NCBI RefSeq assembly: GCF_022045235.1
Contig: NW_027266266.1
Span: 48,298,001-48,362,000 of the forward strand
From: Haliotis cracherodii
Taxonomy: Eukaryota
Direction of reading: 5' to 3'
DNA: 64,000 bases
Both the position numbers and the translations under genes were made by a program. The notes under the pieces are model-generated. The model was not told where the DNA came from. It saw nothing but the letters and a program-made list of their open reading frames with translations, and ran no database searches. The number at the start of each line of letters is the position of its first letter. Positions within the stretch are counted from its first letter, which is position 1. Of the stretch, positions 19,985 through 33,736 are shown one piece after another.

Positions 19985-21303
19985 CACTCTTCCAAAAGAG
20001 AGAAACGCACAGGTAGATTTTTAATAAATTTATTCTACCTTATAAAGTCGATATAAATAATTTAATATCATAGATACAAGTATGAAATTTTGCAGCTCGA
20101 TTGTAACACGTTGTCGTTGTACAAAGGCATTGGAAATTGTTCATTTTCATGTCACATAAGGCCACAAGGTTGCACTGAACTCAGTATCTCGTGTGACCGC
20201 CCCGGGCAGCAATCACGGCTCTATATTTCTACACTGACTGGATACGTGTACGAATTCTGCGCCATTCTGCTTGTAACGCGTTGGCCAGCTGTGAGTGTGT
20301 CTGCGGCGTGTTCTGACGTTGACGTACACGTCGGTCGAGTTCATCCCAGAGGTGTTCGATTGGGTTGATTCATGTTACAGTGGCGATGTTCTGTCAAATT
20401 TCCTTAAACCACAACAAAGTCAAATCACGTGGTGTAGGATATGGCCCCCACACCATGACACTACCGCCACCGATTTTTTCGAATTCACGTACACAAGGTG
20501 GGGCAAAACGCCCATTTCGACAACGATAAACACGTTGTCTTTCATCTCGTCGGTGAAGTAGAAATCGTGATTCATCGCGAAACCACACTCAAATTCCAAG
20601 GCTGTAAGGTATGGCACCTCCGCAAGCGTCGCTGTCGATGGATCTGTTGCAAAACAGGGACGATAACTGGTCTTCTGCCTCGCGAAGATCGTTCCTGACA
20701 GTCTGGTCCGATATCCTCCTCAAACCAGAGATGCGTCCTGCAGTCTCCGTAGCTGTGGCATTGCGATGACCAAGTTGGAACAGTCGAATGTAGCGATTCT
20801 GTGCAGGGGTGGTAACTCTTGGTCGGCCGGTTCCACTGCAGTGGAATTGAACTGTGTGTATCGGCCCCAAAGGCGGCAAATGGTGCTGTGTCGGACGTTG
20901 AAGTGGCGTGCAACAGAAGACTTGCGACTCCCCTCTTTTGATACGTCCAATTGCGATGTTCAGATCGGCAGCGCTGAGTCTCGGCATTTAGGAACTTGAA
21001 ACATGTTGACAACTGAATGACAAATTATTGGCTTATTCTTGCCTTTTTACAGCCACTACCACGGGTTACGAATGCCATATCTTGCACGTGCATTTGCTTT
21101 ACAGTTTTCCTTCATGGCATGTTTGAACAAGTGTGAAAACAATGCCGTTTGAGACATTGCAAATCGACAATGAATGCCGTTTGTCGAATATCATGCCATC
21201 AACATTTTCCAATAACATATATCCAATTAATATACCGGATGTTTTTGTGTAGTCAGGTTCAGTGAACTACATACTACCTGTACGGTTTTTTTTTTGAAGA
21301 GTG
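19985..21303 (-). mobile_element. Tc1-like DNA transposon, degenerate
   Basis: TA-flanked TIRs CACTCTTC...CAGGTAG; transposase fragments MPRLSAADLNIAIG, GRPRVTT, DESRF and GGGSVMVWG. Confidence 0.88.
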
Positions 21304-22610
21304 TATGCTGACAAGTTATTTCCTTTACAACCCATACACTATGCTTCTGTAGCTATATGTCCTGATTTTCATTCAATAGTACTTCAAGACACCTGTAGTA
21401 TTAAGTCAATTTGTTCGAAATTATTATACATACATATTATATTACATAATACATATATTAATTAAAACAGAACAAAAACAAATGGTCAACAGTTAGGTGC
21501 GGTTGATGGAAAGGTGTTCAATTATTAAGAAAAGCTATTTAACTATTTAATACTTAATACGTATCTTAAAATATGAATTAATTCTTAAGTTATTACATTA
21601 GTGAAAATCTACCACTTAGGATGTACATTTTAGTAATTTTAAATTACAGTTTATTATTATTCATTGTGTATTTGACATGAGAGGGATAGCGACACACATA
21701 TATAAACATGCTGTATTTTATAATAATGATTGTACAATTTTGAATGCTTTAAACCTGTTGCATTAAACAAAGATAGGATTTGATGTTGTCATATTGTGAA
21801 TCAATTTATTTAATATTCACTTAATGGCTTTGTTGTATACTAGTCTTTGAAGTAAATGTTATTTCTTCCAAATGTTCTATTTCGAACACATACAGAGTCA
21901 GCGCTCATGATTGCAACATCTATTGCACGAATTAATGAAAATATCATCATTAATAAATTTACCTGAGCTCACTGTGTGTTCAGAAGACAAGTCGCTGTAA
22001 GGCATTTTGCACGGCTTCGTTCACATTCACACTCAAATGTACGATAGAAACATCTGCGATTCTGTGTGTTCAATATGTGACTGCAATGTTTGTGACAGGT
22101 GTTCGTTTAGTTACTATAATTCCACAAAATCATTAATCACATTGAGTTACTCGCCTCTTCTCCAGGTGCTCACACTCTCCACTGATGCTCGCTACCTTAG
22201 TTAACTGGATTCCGGATATAACTAATCACAAACTCTCTTCTAATTATGCTAATCGAGGAAGTACATTATACTACATGACAAACTTAGTAATCCTGTCACA
22301 CTAATCCTTGTTTACAATGAACGCATGTCAATTGACTAAACGAACATCCATTTTTATTAAAAAAAAATAAAAAAAATGTTAATTATTTAATTTATTATTT
22401 TCATTTATTATTTTTTTAATTTTTTAATTCTGACTGTCATTTTCGGAAGAATACAGATTTCTGACTTACCACATGTGTTATCTTTTGCTAATAATGTGTT
22501 ATTCAGTACTGAGTGTGTATATTTTTAAGATTAGGGTCATATCTATTATTTTTAACTGAGCTGACAGCTGATAGGTGTTTAGTAAAACTAACAATGCAAT
22601 TTTTATAATA

Positions 22611-22800
22611 AGAGTGAGTGAGTGAGTTGGGTTTAACGCCGCCTTTAACAGTATTCCAGTTATATGACCGCGTGTCCGCTTAATGTTGGAGAAAACCCGA
22701 AGTGATGCAGGTCTCAGACGTTCACCACTTCGGTGAAACCCACGAGCACGGGAATGGTGCTGACAAACCTAGAAACATAATCAGGGCGAACCGGGATTTG
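22611..22800 (-). mobile_element. SINE fragment (family of 23397-23685)
   Basis: Reverse-complement homology with a (TCAC)n tail. Confidence 0.7.
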
Positions 22801-22944
22801 TAATAAGAAGAAACCTTTGCTAAAAGCCGAGTCGATTGTACGATTCCGACTATATCTCAAGCATGTGTTATTGAATCACCATCAAATAGTGATGACACCA
22901 GGTGTTCGCGAAAAGGTGATCGTATCCTGTCCCACCATGGTACT

Positions 22945-23070
22945 CAATTGCATGGATCGATACTTATGTTGTTAATCACTGGATTGTCTGGTCCAGACTC
23001 GATTTTTAAAGACCGCCGTCATAAAGCAGGAATATTGCTGTGTGTGGCGTTAAGAAACAAACAAACAAAC
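22945..23070 (+). mobile_element. SINE 3' fragment (family of 58375-58630)
   Basis: ATCACTGGATTGTCTGGTCCAGACTCGAT core and (AAAC)n tail. Confidence 0.6.
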
Positions 23071-23396
23071 ACATGTGATGACATGCGGAGAAAATGGTAA
23101 GCATATCCCGCCCTTCCGGTAGCACCTGCCACCCACACAACTTTCATAAAAAGAAAATACTTGTTGCCTGACATCGCACAGTACTCCCTCAATACGACGG
23201 CGGCCTGTAAACAAACCAGACAATCAAGTGATGGACCAGAAAATATCACATATCGCTTATATACTGATTTTATTGAAACTAAAAACGATGGTAATTTTGA
23301 ATTAGATCTGCATAAATGAAAAGATGCGTGTATGTAATAATATTGCATATTACATACTTGACCTTTGACTGCAATAATCCATTTCTCTTCTTAAAC

Positions 23397-23685
23397 TGGG
23401 GGCACGGGTGGCCCAGTCGTCTAAGGCGCCGCGATTCGCTGTGCAGAGTTGCATCCCTTGGACACAGAAAACTATGATCGCGGGTTTGAATCCCGGTTCG
23501 CCCCCATTATGTGCATAGGTTCGTCAGCACCATATCCGTGCTCGTGGGTTTCACCGAAGTGGTAAACGTCTGAGACCTGCATCACTTCGGGCTTTCCTCC
23601 CACATTAAGGTGACATGCCGTGATATAACTGGAATACTGTTAAAAGCGGCGATAAACTCAACTTACTCACCCACTCACTCACTCT
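23397..23685 (+). mobile_element. tRNA-derived SINE with TSD-like flanks
   Basis: A-box TGGCCCAGTCGTCTAAGG, B-box GGTTTGAATCCC, (TCAC)n tail; flanks TCTTCTTAAACT and TCTTCTTTAACT. Confidence 0.8.
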
Positions 23686-23775
23686 TCTTTAACTAGTGAA
23701 ACTCGCAGTTAGATTCGGTGTATATTTACGTTATCGAAATTGTGTCTTGACCTTCAGAACCTTTACCTCCGCTGA

Positions 23776-23938
23776 GTGAGTGAGTATGGTTTTACGCCGC
23801 TTTTAGCAATATTCCAGCAATATCACGGCGGGGGACACCACAAATGGTTTTCACACATTGTAGCCATGTCGGGAATCGAACCCAGGTCTTCGGCGTGACG
23901 AGCAAACGCTTTAACCACTATGCTACCCGGCCGCCCCT
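23776..23938 (-). mobile_element. Full-length tRNA-derived SINE (abalone-type) with 10-bp TSD
   Basis: A and B boxes, (TCAC)n tail, TSD CCTCCGCTGA at 23766-23775 and 23939-23948. Confidence 0.88.
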
Positions 23939-24350
23939 CCTCCGCTGATCTACTGTTAGTGGATCCACGTTGATGACAGAATAAAATGTATTTTCATTAC
24001 TCTTTTAGGGCCTATCGTCTAGGTTGTACAACTGATAATTAATTTTGGATTTTATACCCTCTAGGGTTATGTCAAGAGGTCACAGGTTGTTTGGAATCTG
24101 AAACAATTCAGAACCTCACAGAAAACAAATACATGATTTCCTTTTTATGTAGATGTCATGGCACTCAGAAACGAACGTGTGGGACGTTTGGTCGTTTAAA
24201 TTTATTTTTCGACATACAGAAATCAGATACTATTATCCTGCTTTGAATGATTGGCGCACTCTAACGTGAAGTCAGAACCATAGTCACTGATTGGCTGATT
24301 ACAAAGAACACGTGACGCCGCCTATGATGGCGGTGTTGCCAGACCTTCAC

Positions 24351-24665
24351 GGTGAGGTGAGGTGAAATGGGGTTTAACGTCGCGTCCAAGATTATTGCAC
24401 TGATATAGCGACGTGCATGCACGTGTGTGTGTGTGTGGCTGCTTGTACTAGTCCGGACTGATGCCGATTTATAGTGCTAGCTCACTGAGATACCATGCCA
24501 CAGTTTAACATGAATATCCCACTCAGACACAGTATACTGACTCCGAGCCGACCAGTCCTTGTTTTAGCCCCTTAATGCCGAGTGCCAGACAGGGTAACAA
24601 CAAGTACCATCTTTTAACGTCTTTTGGTATGACGCGGCCGGGGATCGAACGCCGGACCTTCCGCT
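24351..24665 (-). mobile_element. SINE with Meta/MESC-like central domain
   Basis: CCCCGGCCGCGTCATACCAAAAGACGTTAAAAGATGGTAC core and (TCACC)n tail; second copy at 27305-27438. Confidence 0.7.
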
Positions 24666-26899
24666 GTAAATAAATATATGTCCTTCCTCTACAACCCTCG
24701 CTTTGAAGTCGAATAAAATTCAAAATACATCACCCACACAAATACACTTCACAGTTTTGAATAAGGTGGGAAATTCCCTGTTCTGTGATATCATCCACTG
24801 CCATTTTAGTCCAAGCAAAATGATTGAAAATGACCTCTGAAAATTAGGTACATCGTAAATGTCGCCATTTTTTACACATTACCAAATCACCACCCATGGC
24901 GTTATTTACAGCATGTTTTGAAATCTAAATTTAGGATATTTACTCGGAGAAATGAATTTCAAAAATAGTATATTAGTGATCACGGGTATCTGTATTTTAT
25001 GAAATCACCAATGATCATTCCAAAACATCTCCGATAACCCGAGAATCGTTTCGAATGTTTTGGAAAATACGCAAACACGAACGCCGAAGTGAACTTTCCG
25101 CCATATTGGCTAGTGTTTACAAAATCACGTTTGAGGTACACCGGTTATGAGGCGCCTGTAACATCGCGTATATTTCAAACTTAGCTGCCATACACACATC
25201 CTTGAATTCCTCATACATTTTAGAATCAAATGACCAATGGTCTTTGTCACCAATACAAAGTGGCTGGATGAAATCAAGCAAAACATGTCAAGTGTGAAAA
25301 CGAACGCTGTGCTCGAAAAACTGCACTTGTTTGAAATGTAAACAAAGCAAAATACAGATTTTACACAGTGTAGCATTTTCTCCAATTTAGAGCTATCCAT
25401 TCGTCTAATCTTTCAAGACATTGGCTCAACATTTTCAGAATATGCACGGAAAGAGAATAGTAGGAACAAATAGGGTATTTAAAATAGATACATTGCAATG
25501 ATTTGATATTTTCAACAGAAATTGTCAAAGTTACCGTCCTGTGTGACGCCATGACTGACGCAAAATCATGCACAACGACAACGGTATTTATCGGAATTTC
25601 TGCCCATTTCGGCTCTTTTCGATGAAGATTATAAGGACAAATAACAGTACATAGATTATCAGAATGTTTCTGATTACTTACATGTCACATTTATGTATAT
25701 GCGATCCCTGAATCAACGAAAGTCCCCTCGTAAAATCCCGCGTACTGTTGACAGTGAACACGCCATTTTGTAAAAGTCGGTCACAGTTAGTGATGTCATA
25801 CGTCAACATTGTTGTACATATTTGGTAATTTCTTTGAGGTGAAGGTCCTTGAATGAGAATGCACACGATAATTGTATCATGCTGTTTACAGTTTCAGTTA
25901 TTATGTAGATTTTGCATATGTTTTATACATTTTTTCACACAATTAATTTCCCTTTGGATATTTGTCAATGTTCAAAATGATATCGTACGCAAATATAAGC
26001 CACAACATGTATAAACGAATCTTTGATAACCTCCTGTTTGTTTGAACATTGTTTACATAACAATTGATAGGTTTTTAGTGTCGAATACGATATTTCTTTC
26101 CTTTGGACAAGTGTTACAAGATGAAGCGTAAAGGTAACTGCAGCATGTACGTATTTCTTGGGATGTGTAAAAGTCAATATCATAAGTTCATATAACCAAT
26201 GTCTTTGAATAGCTGTTTCATTTTATTTTATAACTAAAAATGAATATTTCTATGTTACTTTAACAAAATGGATAATATTTTTCGTAAAAAGATATGCACA
26301 CATTTCTGAAATTGTCTTGGTCTTGGAATTTAAAAAAAAATGTTTTGTCGTTTAATACACAGAGCCGTGATAGCTAATGATTCGCCAGGTGCGTGTTAGC
26401 CACAAACAATTTACGAATTATTCCTCTTGTTTTGCATTATATAATCAATGGGTTCATTCTTTTTTCAATATTGTGATCACAGGATATTAAACTGTTCACT
26501 TTATTTCTCCAGGAATTGTAAAATGTATAAAATTAAACCCATGCCAAGTACCCTAGCTGTTGGTTCAACCGGATACGATTATCCTGATAATTCTATACCA
26601 ATAGAGCTTTCTTCGCATCTTTTAGTGTGTAATTCTGAGACAAGATGAAGAGAAATAATAACAATATCTGTCCAATATTGAATATAATTTGGTTGTTTTG
26701 AAATATTATTTTGTGTATTTCATTACGTAAATTGATGCCAAACAGGTGCGTGCCTTGTCAAATTAAGACACACGATAAACTAGCTAATTGTTTACATATT
26801 CAAAACATTATTTAATTGTAAAAGCAGTCATTTTATGTTGTGTCGAAAAAGCGCCAAATTCCGTCATAGTGAAAAATCAGTTTTCGTCATTTACGGCAA

Positions 26900-27308
26900 G
26901 CTATTTTTGGCATTGCATGTTTGTCATTATACATACGCATATAACTGCATTTGGTATATAGTTATGTCGTTCAGATATAAGGCAGTATTTTGTTCGCTAA
27001 CAGATTCCGTAAAGCTTGTAAATAAAAAATCGTCGCACAGTACTTTTATCGGTGTACGATAAAAAGCGGAGACATTTACTGTTTTTCAAGGTAGAAAAAA
27101 TTCTAAAAGTGTTTTTTTTTAAAACCGGTTCAATATTTGCAGTTAACTTTACACCATCAAATAGGAAATTTAATATTCTCCACCTCTGCAAAATTTTATA
27201 GCCAGAGGTAGATCGGGTGCCGCGTGAGCGCAATTCTCGCACAACCTTCACTTTTCCGATCTTATGAAAATGTGCGTCAGAAAAAAAACTCGGCATCCAG
27301 AGGGTTAA
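26900..27308. mobile_element. One end of a piggyBac-like element (inner boundary unknown)
   Basis: ...CGGCATCCAGAGGG|TTAA at 27304, with the TTAA being the SINE's own TTAA site; other end not found. Confidence 0.45.
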
Positions 27309-27438
27309 TGCCGAGCGCCAGACAGGGTAACAACAAGTACCATCTTTTAACGTCTTTTGGTATGACGCGGCCGGGGATCAAACCCCGGACCTTACGCTCT
27401 CCGGACGGACGCTCTACCACTAGACCACGGAGGCGGTC
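27305..27438 (-). mobile_element. 5' half of Meta/MESC-like SINE
   Basis: tRNA head GTGGTCTAGTGGTAGAGCG...GGTTTGATCCCC plus the core shared with 24351-24665. Confidence 0.75.
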
Positions 27439-28289
27439 ATTTAAACGAAGAAATGTTATCATGATTATTATTATACTTAAGTAGAAGTATCACAATGGAC
27501 AGTGCATACAACTGTTTGTAAAAAAATATCAAGCAATAATTTAAATTTAGAATCACCATAACATGAAATAACAGAAATATATATATATATGTTGATCAGT
27601 TAGCTTTTATTATGTTATGCCCATATATTTTTAAAGTTACTGCCAAAACCTGCATGGATGTCTTAGATGTTAGAAAATTACGTTTATATACATCTTAATT
27701 TTTTATAAATATTTTATGCTATTTACCCTTTTTACTAACGTATATATATTTATTCCATATTTTATTTCTGTGTATCATTTTACGTTCTTTAGTCTCTCAT
27801 AATCCCATACGGGATGGCTCATCACATGTATTTTATTACGTGACCTGTATATATATTTATTTGTATGAGGTGAGACATGAAATAAATTTAAAATTTATCT
27901 ATCTATCTATCTATCTAATTATGCTAATCGAGGAAGTGCATTACATTAGATGACAAACTTAGTAATCCTGTCACATTAATCCTTGTTTACAATGAACGCA
28001 TGTCAATTGACTAAAGGAACGTCTTTTTTTATATACTTAAGTAGAAGTTTCACAATGGACAGTGAATACAACTGTTTTTTTTCAAAAATATCAAGCAATA
28101 ATTTAAATTTAGAATCACCATAACATGAAATAACAGAAATATATATATTATATTTTATATATTCATATTTGCCGGTATTCATGGTATATTTTTTTTACCG
28201 TCATTGTTTAAAACTACTCTGAACTTCTTGTATGTGTATAGATCTGTCATCTTACTTGTAAAGAGGTGGCGTACGTATTATAATAATTA

Positions 28290-29197
28290 AGAGTTTCCTA
28301 CTGCATCAAAATTATCCCGCAAAGCTAATTGAAGATAGCATACAGAAGGCGCTAAGTATTGAGCAACTAAAACTTAGAGAAAAGTCTGAAGAAAACAATA
28401 TGGGGAATAATTTAACTCCAGTATCTACCTTCAGCCCTAATCATGAAAAAACATTATCCATGGTTCAACAATACCTGCCTATATTGAATCAAAGTGTTAA
28501 TATGGAGAAGATATTGAGCAAATACAAAATTATCAACAGCCAAAGACAACCCAAAAATCTTAGAAAGATTTTGACAAGTTCTAAATTTGATTCTGTTGTC
28601 ATCACTCCAAAGGTTACTAAGTACGGTGACAAACGTTGCCTAACTTGCAGCAATATAAATGAAGGCTGTTCAGTCCAAATTACAAAGGACACCAAATATA
28701 CTGTAAAACAAAATATGACTTGTGATATTAGAAATATGTTTCACTTGATTGTTTGTAGTGGATGCAATGAAAAGTATATCGGAAAGACAGAACTTAAATT
28801 TAAAAGAAGAATGAATCTTCACTGTTCACAAATAAAGCAGCCATACAACCGCACGATTCCACTCAGTGAACATTTAGATACATGTTGAAGCCGCAACTTT
28901 TCAGTTTTCCCGCTATATAAGCTAAATTTTGATCATGAACCTACATTGTTTCAAAAAGAGCAACATTTCATTCATAAATACGCGCCTAAGTTAAATGAAA
29001 AGGCGTAAGTTATTTGTCGATTGTCACCTTGGTATTGTGACGTCATAGTTCTCCTAAATGTTATGACGTCACGTACCTATATGCTACTACTTCATGTCCG
29101 TTATTTAGTTATGGCCTGATGAGACTCGTACGTGGTACGAGTTGAAAGCGCTAGCCAATTAAAACTGTGTTCAATCTTAGTACACTTATTTAATTAT
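28290..29197 (+). mobile_element. Penelope-like element 3' part (Cys-rich linker + GIY-YIG endonuclease, Neptune-like) with pLTR
   Basis: RQPKNLRKIL...RCLTC...NMTC..RNMFHLIVCSGCNEKYIGKT...RRMNLH, continuing past a TGA to FIHKYAPKLNEKA* (~29008). Confidence 0.85.
29112..29157 (+). ncRNA. Minimal type I hammerhead ribozyme (Penelope-associated)
   Basis: Stem I TGGC/GCCA, core CTGATGA, stem II GACTCGTAC-GTG-GTACGAGTT, GAAA, palindromic mini stem III GCGC, cleavage triplet CTA. Confidence 0.85.
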
Positions 29198-29338
29198 NNN
29201 NNNNNNNNNNNNNNNNNNNNNNNNNNNNNNNNNNNNNNNNNNNNNNNNNNNNNNNNNNNNNNNNNNNNNNNNNNNNNNNNNNNNNNNNNNNNNNNNNNNN
29301 NNNNNNNNNNNNNNNNNNNNNNNNNNNNNNNNNNNNNN
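29198..29338. other. Assembly gap (141 N)
   Basis: Run of N. Confidence 1.
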
Positions 29339-29340
29339 TT

Positions 29341-30333
29341 GGGGATGGTAAATATCCTGCATTAGGAATAAACACTGTATTTAGCGAGCCTTGGCGAGCA
29401 AAATACATAGTGTTTATTCCTAATACAGGATATTTACCATCCCCAAACACACAAGTGTGATAACCTCTTTATCATATAATGTCATTCTTTAATTCTGTGC
29501 TTTAAAATCGCTTTCCCTCTCTCACAAACGTTACCGAAATATTGCGAGTTTTCCTGGAATGGGCGCATTAATATTTATTACGTCACAGGGTAAGTGATGT
29601 GTCAGTCGGACAGTGACAGTAGCCAATATAGTTCCAACTGAAATCTGTTTCTTATACAGTGGTGAAGCAACATATACGCAAAACAACAGTTGTTTTTAAT
29701 TGCCTTTCGCGGCAATCCATCGGTCTGTCCGCTAGAGTAACTGCCCTTTGTCAAAGGGAAGCTACTCTAACCCTAGTCTATGAGACGTCACGGCCACGGT
29801 CAGACGTTGTTGACAGTCGGTCTGTCCTGTTATAACGTTATGAAGTGTAGTCAGATGTACACACAGCGACTAAACGAAACAAGGTAACAATTCAAACATA
29901 TTTCGGCAAAATCCAACTTCTTTAATTTGTGGAAAAAGTTTTAAGTCGCAGAGGTCTACAACCACAGATATGGCTACTGATCCCGCTTGGCTAGGCCTCG
30001 TGCCCTCGCAAAAATTTTTCGAAATTTATATCTCCAAAGTTGCCAAAACTTATAAAATGCCTTAGCTACGTCACAGTTAGACACTGATTTTCAGTATATT
30101 AGAGTGTTCTTTTGATAATGATAGCAATTATCCCTGTAGTTTATCCAGATTCCCGATGGTTAATTCTGACTCGATCGCCGAATGACGAGGGCGACGCCAT
30201 GTTTGTTTATAAACAGCGAAAGTAGTCCTACTTGACCTTTGAAATTTGCATCTCTATCCGCATATGACCCCAACGGATATCGTTTTTATCCGTTGGCTTA
30301 ATCCTGCCGAGAAACCTACCCATTATATGATAA

Positions 30334-30335
<2 letters not shown>
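29341..30335. mobile_element. Non-autonomous hairpin-bearing element (possibly Crypton-like)
   Basis: 104-nt near-perfect hairpin 29341-29444; inverted TTTATCATATAAT (~29468) and ATTATATGATAAA (~30323); second small hairpin CCAACGGATA...TATCCGTTGG. Confidence 0.45.
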
Positions 30336-30378
<43 letters not shown>

Positions 30379-31024
30379 CACGCACACACGCACGCACGCG
30401 CACACACACACATACAGTGCTTCATTCATCACAGAAATCGTTTGTCTCTTTTCCTAATTTGCTTGTAAATATTGTGTTGGAATAAGAATGCATATTTTCG
30501 ACTGTCTGGGAAATGTCGCCTGAAGATACGTGGATACTGAAATATCATATATTGAGTACATGAGAGGACTGCTACGTCATGCATTTCAAGAACTAATATC
30601 CTGAGAACTAAATCTAACAACATAGCTTATCTCATTCACAAACAATCTTTGCACACTGTAGCCATTGAAGCTGGGGTCGCAGGCAGTGTATTGTGTAGTG
30701 TAGTAATTCAAGACTGAGTTCAGATTGTTTCATAACCTGAGCCTTATCACCATCTCATTAGTAATCTAATATGATCTCTGTTTTTAAGTAGCAGTTAGCA
30801 CCTCCTCTCCCCAAAAATCACATACAAACGTCGATCAAATGGATAGCGCGTATTTTTGTGCTTAAGTCACTTGGACATTGTTTAGCTTCATAAACTGTTC
30901 ATAAGAAACATATCAGACAGCTTTGACATCATTGATGACTTAGTCTTATGAGATGATGTAAACATTAGGGAAATGAGCTCAAGTAAATACAGAAACAGAG
31001 GGTCTAAAATTGCCACAGTGTTAG

Positions 31025-32292
31025 TGTAGTAGGTGTTAATTCTGCAGCTTGTAAATATGTATGTATTTTTAGTGTAGATAAGGTATCATGTCTTTTCTAT
31101 TTCAGCTTGTTGATTCAACAGAGGGTTGTGTCATTTCCTGGTTTCTATCTATCATTAGTTGTGTCCTTATCAGTATTTGCTACTGATAACTTTCTACTGG
31201 GTCAAAGGTCAATGGTCCAGTCTATTTTACTTCCAAGGGTGTTTTATTCTATTGTTTGCTCGTCATTAGGTTTACCTGTTGTTACCCAATTAGTATACCT
31301 TTCAATTCAAATCCCTTTCTCACCTGCCATTGCTAATCTTATGCTGCACACACCCACCTGCACTGCACAGCAATGGATTGAGTATCAAGTTATCAAGGTT
31401 AGTAATCATAATTAATCTGTATCAATCTAAACATTATAATTTCAATCATTAGTATAAATCAAGTAATAAATAATAAAATAGGTTTTAAATAACTTGTAAA
31501 CATAAACAAACGATAGGTTGAGTGAATGAGGTGAGTGTGATGAGATTAGGGTCTGATTCATGAGTATTGCTTATCTATACATATATTTTATATTTCAATG
31601 CATTGGTTATTTGGTATTTTGTGTATTTTTGGTATTTGATGCATATTTGCTATTATTTAGTAAATCTGGTGTATTTCTAGACTTTGTACATATCTCTCTA
31701 GATGTATGCATGTATTTATTGATAGTTGTATGAATGAATGACTGAAGTTGTATTTCAGTGATGCATGTATATGCCGTGATTATATATGTTATTTACAATA
31801 TTATAATTAATATTGTATCTGTATTTAGTTTCATGTGACTGTCGAATGAGACGACTGGCAGAAGGCATGTTACACTCTCGTGTCACACACAGGGTATGTT
31901 TTGTATATAGTTTATCTATATAATATGTTCATGTTGTGCATTCATTATGCATAATATGATTAGATGATGATTTAATGATTTCCTCAGTTATGCGTTTAAT
32001 AATGTGTAATGATATTGTCTTTTGTATATGAAGGTACATCTGCACTGATAAGTTATCGAGGCAGAAATATATTTGTGTATCTGCTGTAACGATGTAATGA
32101 GTTATGAAGAAGCAGATCGATACTTTACATTTAATGTGTTATTGTACATTTATTCTGAAACACGTGATATATTGTGATTTTAAATTGTTTCAGGAGTGTC
32201 TTCTATATGCCTTGCTGAATAAACTGAATTTTCTCACAACCCCGTGGACTGTAATCTCTTGCAACTAAGGATTACACATAAGGTCTACAACA
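31025..32292 (+). repeat. 5' LTR
   Basis: Direct repeat of 39312-40579 (offset 8287). Confidence 0.95.
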
Positions 32293-32293
32293 T

Positions 32294-32314
32294 TGGAGCC
32301 CCCAGTGAGGATTC
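32294..32314 (+). other. Primer-binding site
   Basis: TGGAGCCCCCAGTGAGGATTC is complementary to a tRNA 3' end including the T-arm (possibly tRNA-Thr). Confidence 0.75.
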
Positions 32315-33736
32315 AGCGGTGTTCCAGCGTCTCAGCAGTGACCAACATAGACTTGATGATGTGCTGCTAGGTATATTTTTGTGATGTGCTTCATAGAGAC
32401 AAACTGATATATCAATTTGATAGCAGTTTCTATAATTGATTTGATTTTCATTTATCAATTACTGGATAAGTGATTGACTTGTGATACAGTGATTCGGTTT
32501 TCCATCCACTATGACTGAGTCCATATCTACTTCCATCAGATGAATTGAAGATATCTCCAAGAATAGTATACTTTGTATAACTAGACTTTCACCATAAAGG
32601 CATTCAGATCATGTCGCCATAAAGGCACAGACTAACCACACTGTGTTGTTTACTTCCAGTGTTGTGTTCATTTCTATCATTACTTCTGCATTTATATTCT
32701 GTATAAGATTTATGTTTTGATATTTACATTTGTGTGACATATTCATATGCATACATTTATCCTTGTTTAAACACCAGCAATTATGAATATTTAATTGTGC
32801 TCTGTTTATAGTGTTTTTTACATTTAGTTTTGATGCGCTAATTAGTTGTTTTTTAGTCAGTTGAAGAATTTGATTTGTCTGAGTGTGTATAAATTTGATT
32901 AAATTTACTTCTAAACTTTGCTTCATCAAAACTTAGTAAAAACTTAGTATCAAGCTTACTTAATTTAGTATATTATTCAATTCAGTAATTGCACATTGCA
33001 CTTTATTGCTGCTGCGCTATACTAATTAATTTAATAATATCCCAAATCCCCTCGTCGACATTTAGTTAGGCTTTTGTGCTTTTGGTTCTTGTATTCTGTG
33101 TTTTGTTTATATTTTGCATCAGGTCATAAGGTGTTCTGTTTATTTTTTGTCGTGTTTCTCGCATTTCCCTGGTCGTATGTTGTGTGCTCGTGTTGACGCG
33201 TTGTTGTCACGCAGTGTTGCATCGGCTTGACGTGATATTTTCGGGCAGAGCTGTCGAAATTTGATGGTGCATTCCGTGTTTTTACATTGAATACCATATA
33301 AAACTTGGGTGTTTGTGTTATTCTTTTGCAATCTTCTCTGAATTTAATTGTGTTTATTACCTAATCTCAATTGGTTTAGTGATGTGCACTTCAGGTAGTT
33401 TAGTTTAGTTTACTTAGTTTAGATGTAAGTACTTACTTAGTTTAGTTTGAGTACTCAATTAAGGTTTCATTCTTAGTTTAGTACTTAGTCATTAGTTGCC
33501 ACGTGGTATTAGTGTATGTTTCACTCACTTACAAGCATGTAAGCTTGCCACATATTCCCTCGCACACAAACAGTTAGTTTGTGCTGTTAGTCTATTACCC
33601 TTTACTTCTACCACAAACTCCGTTGTTTGTGCTGTTCACCATTCAACATATTTTTGTGTTTGTTTGTGCATTTCTACTTTGTGCTACATTTTCACACAGG
33701 AGTTTGTCTTCGTAATTTCACTGGTAAATCTACAAA

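Noticed and set aside
31107-31415. 102-aa hydrophobic ORF in both LTRs (env-like?)
   Set aside because: Short, non-ATG start, no env features; its duplication simply reflects LTR identity
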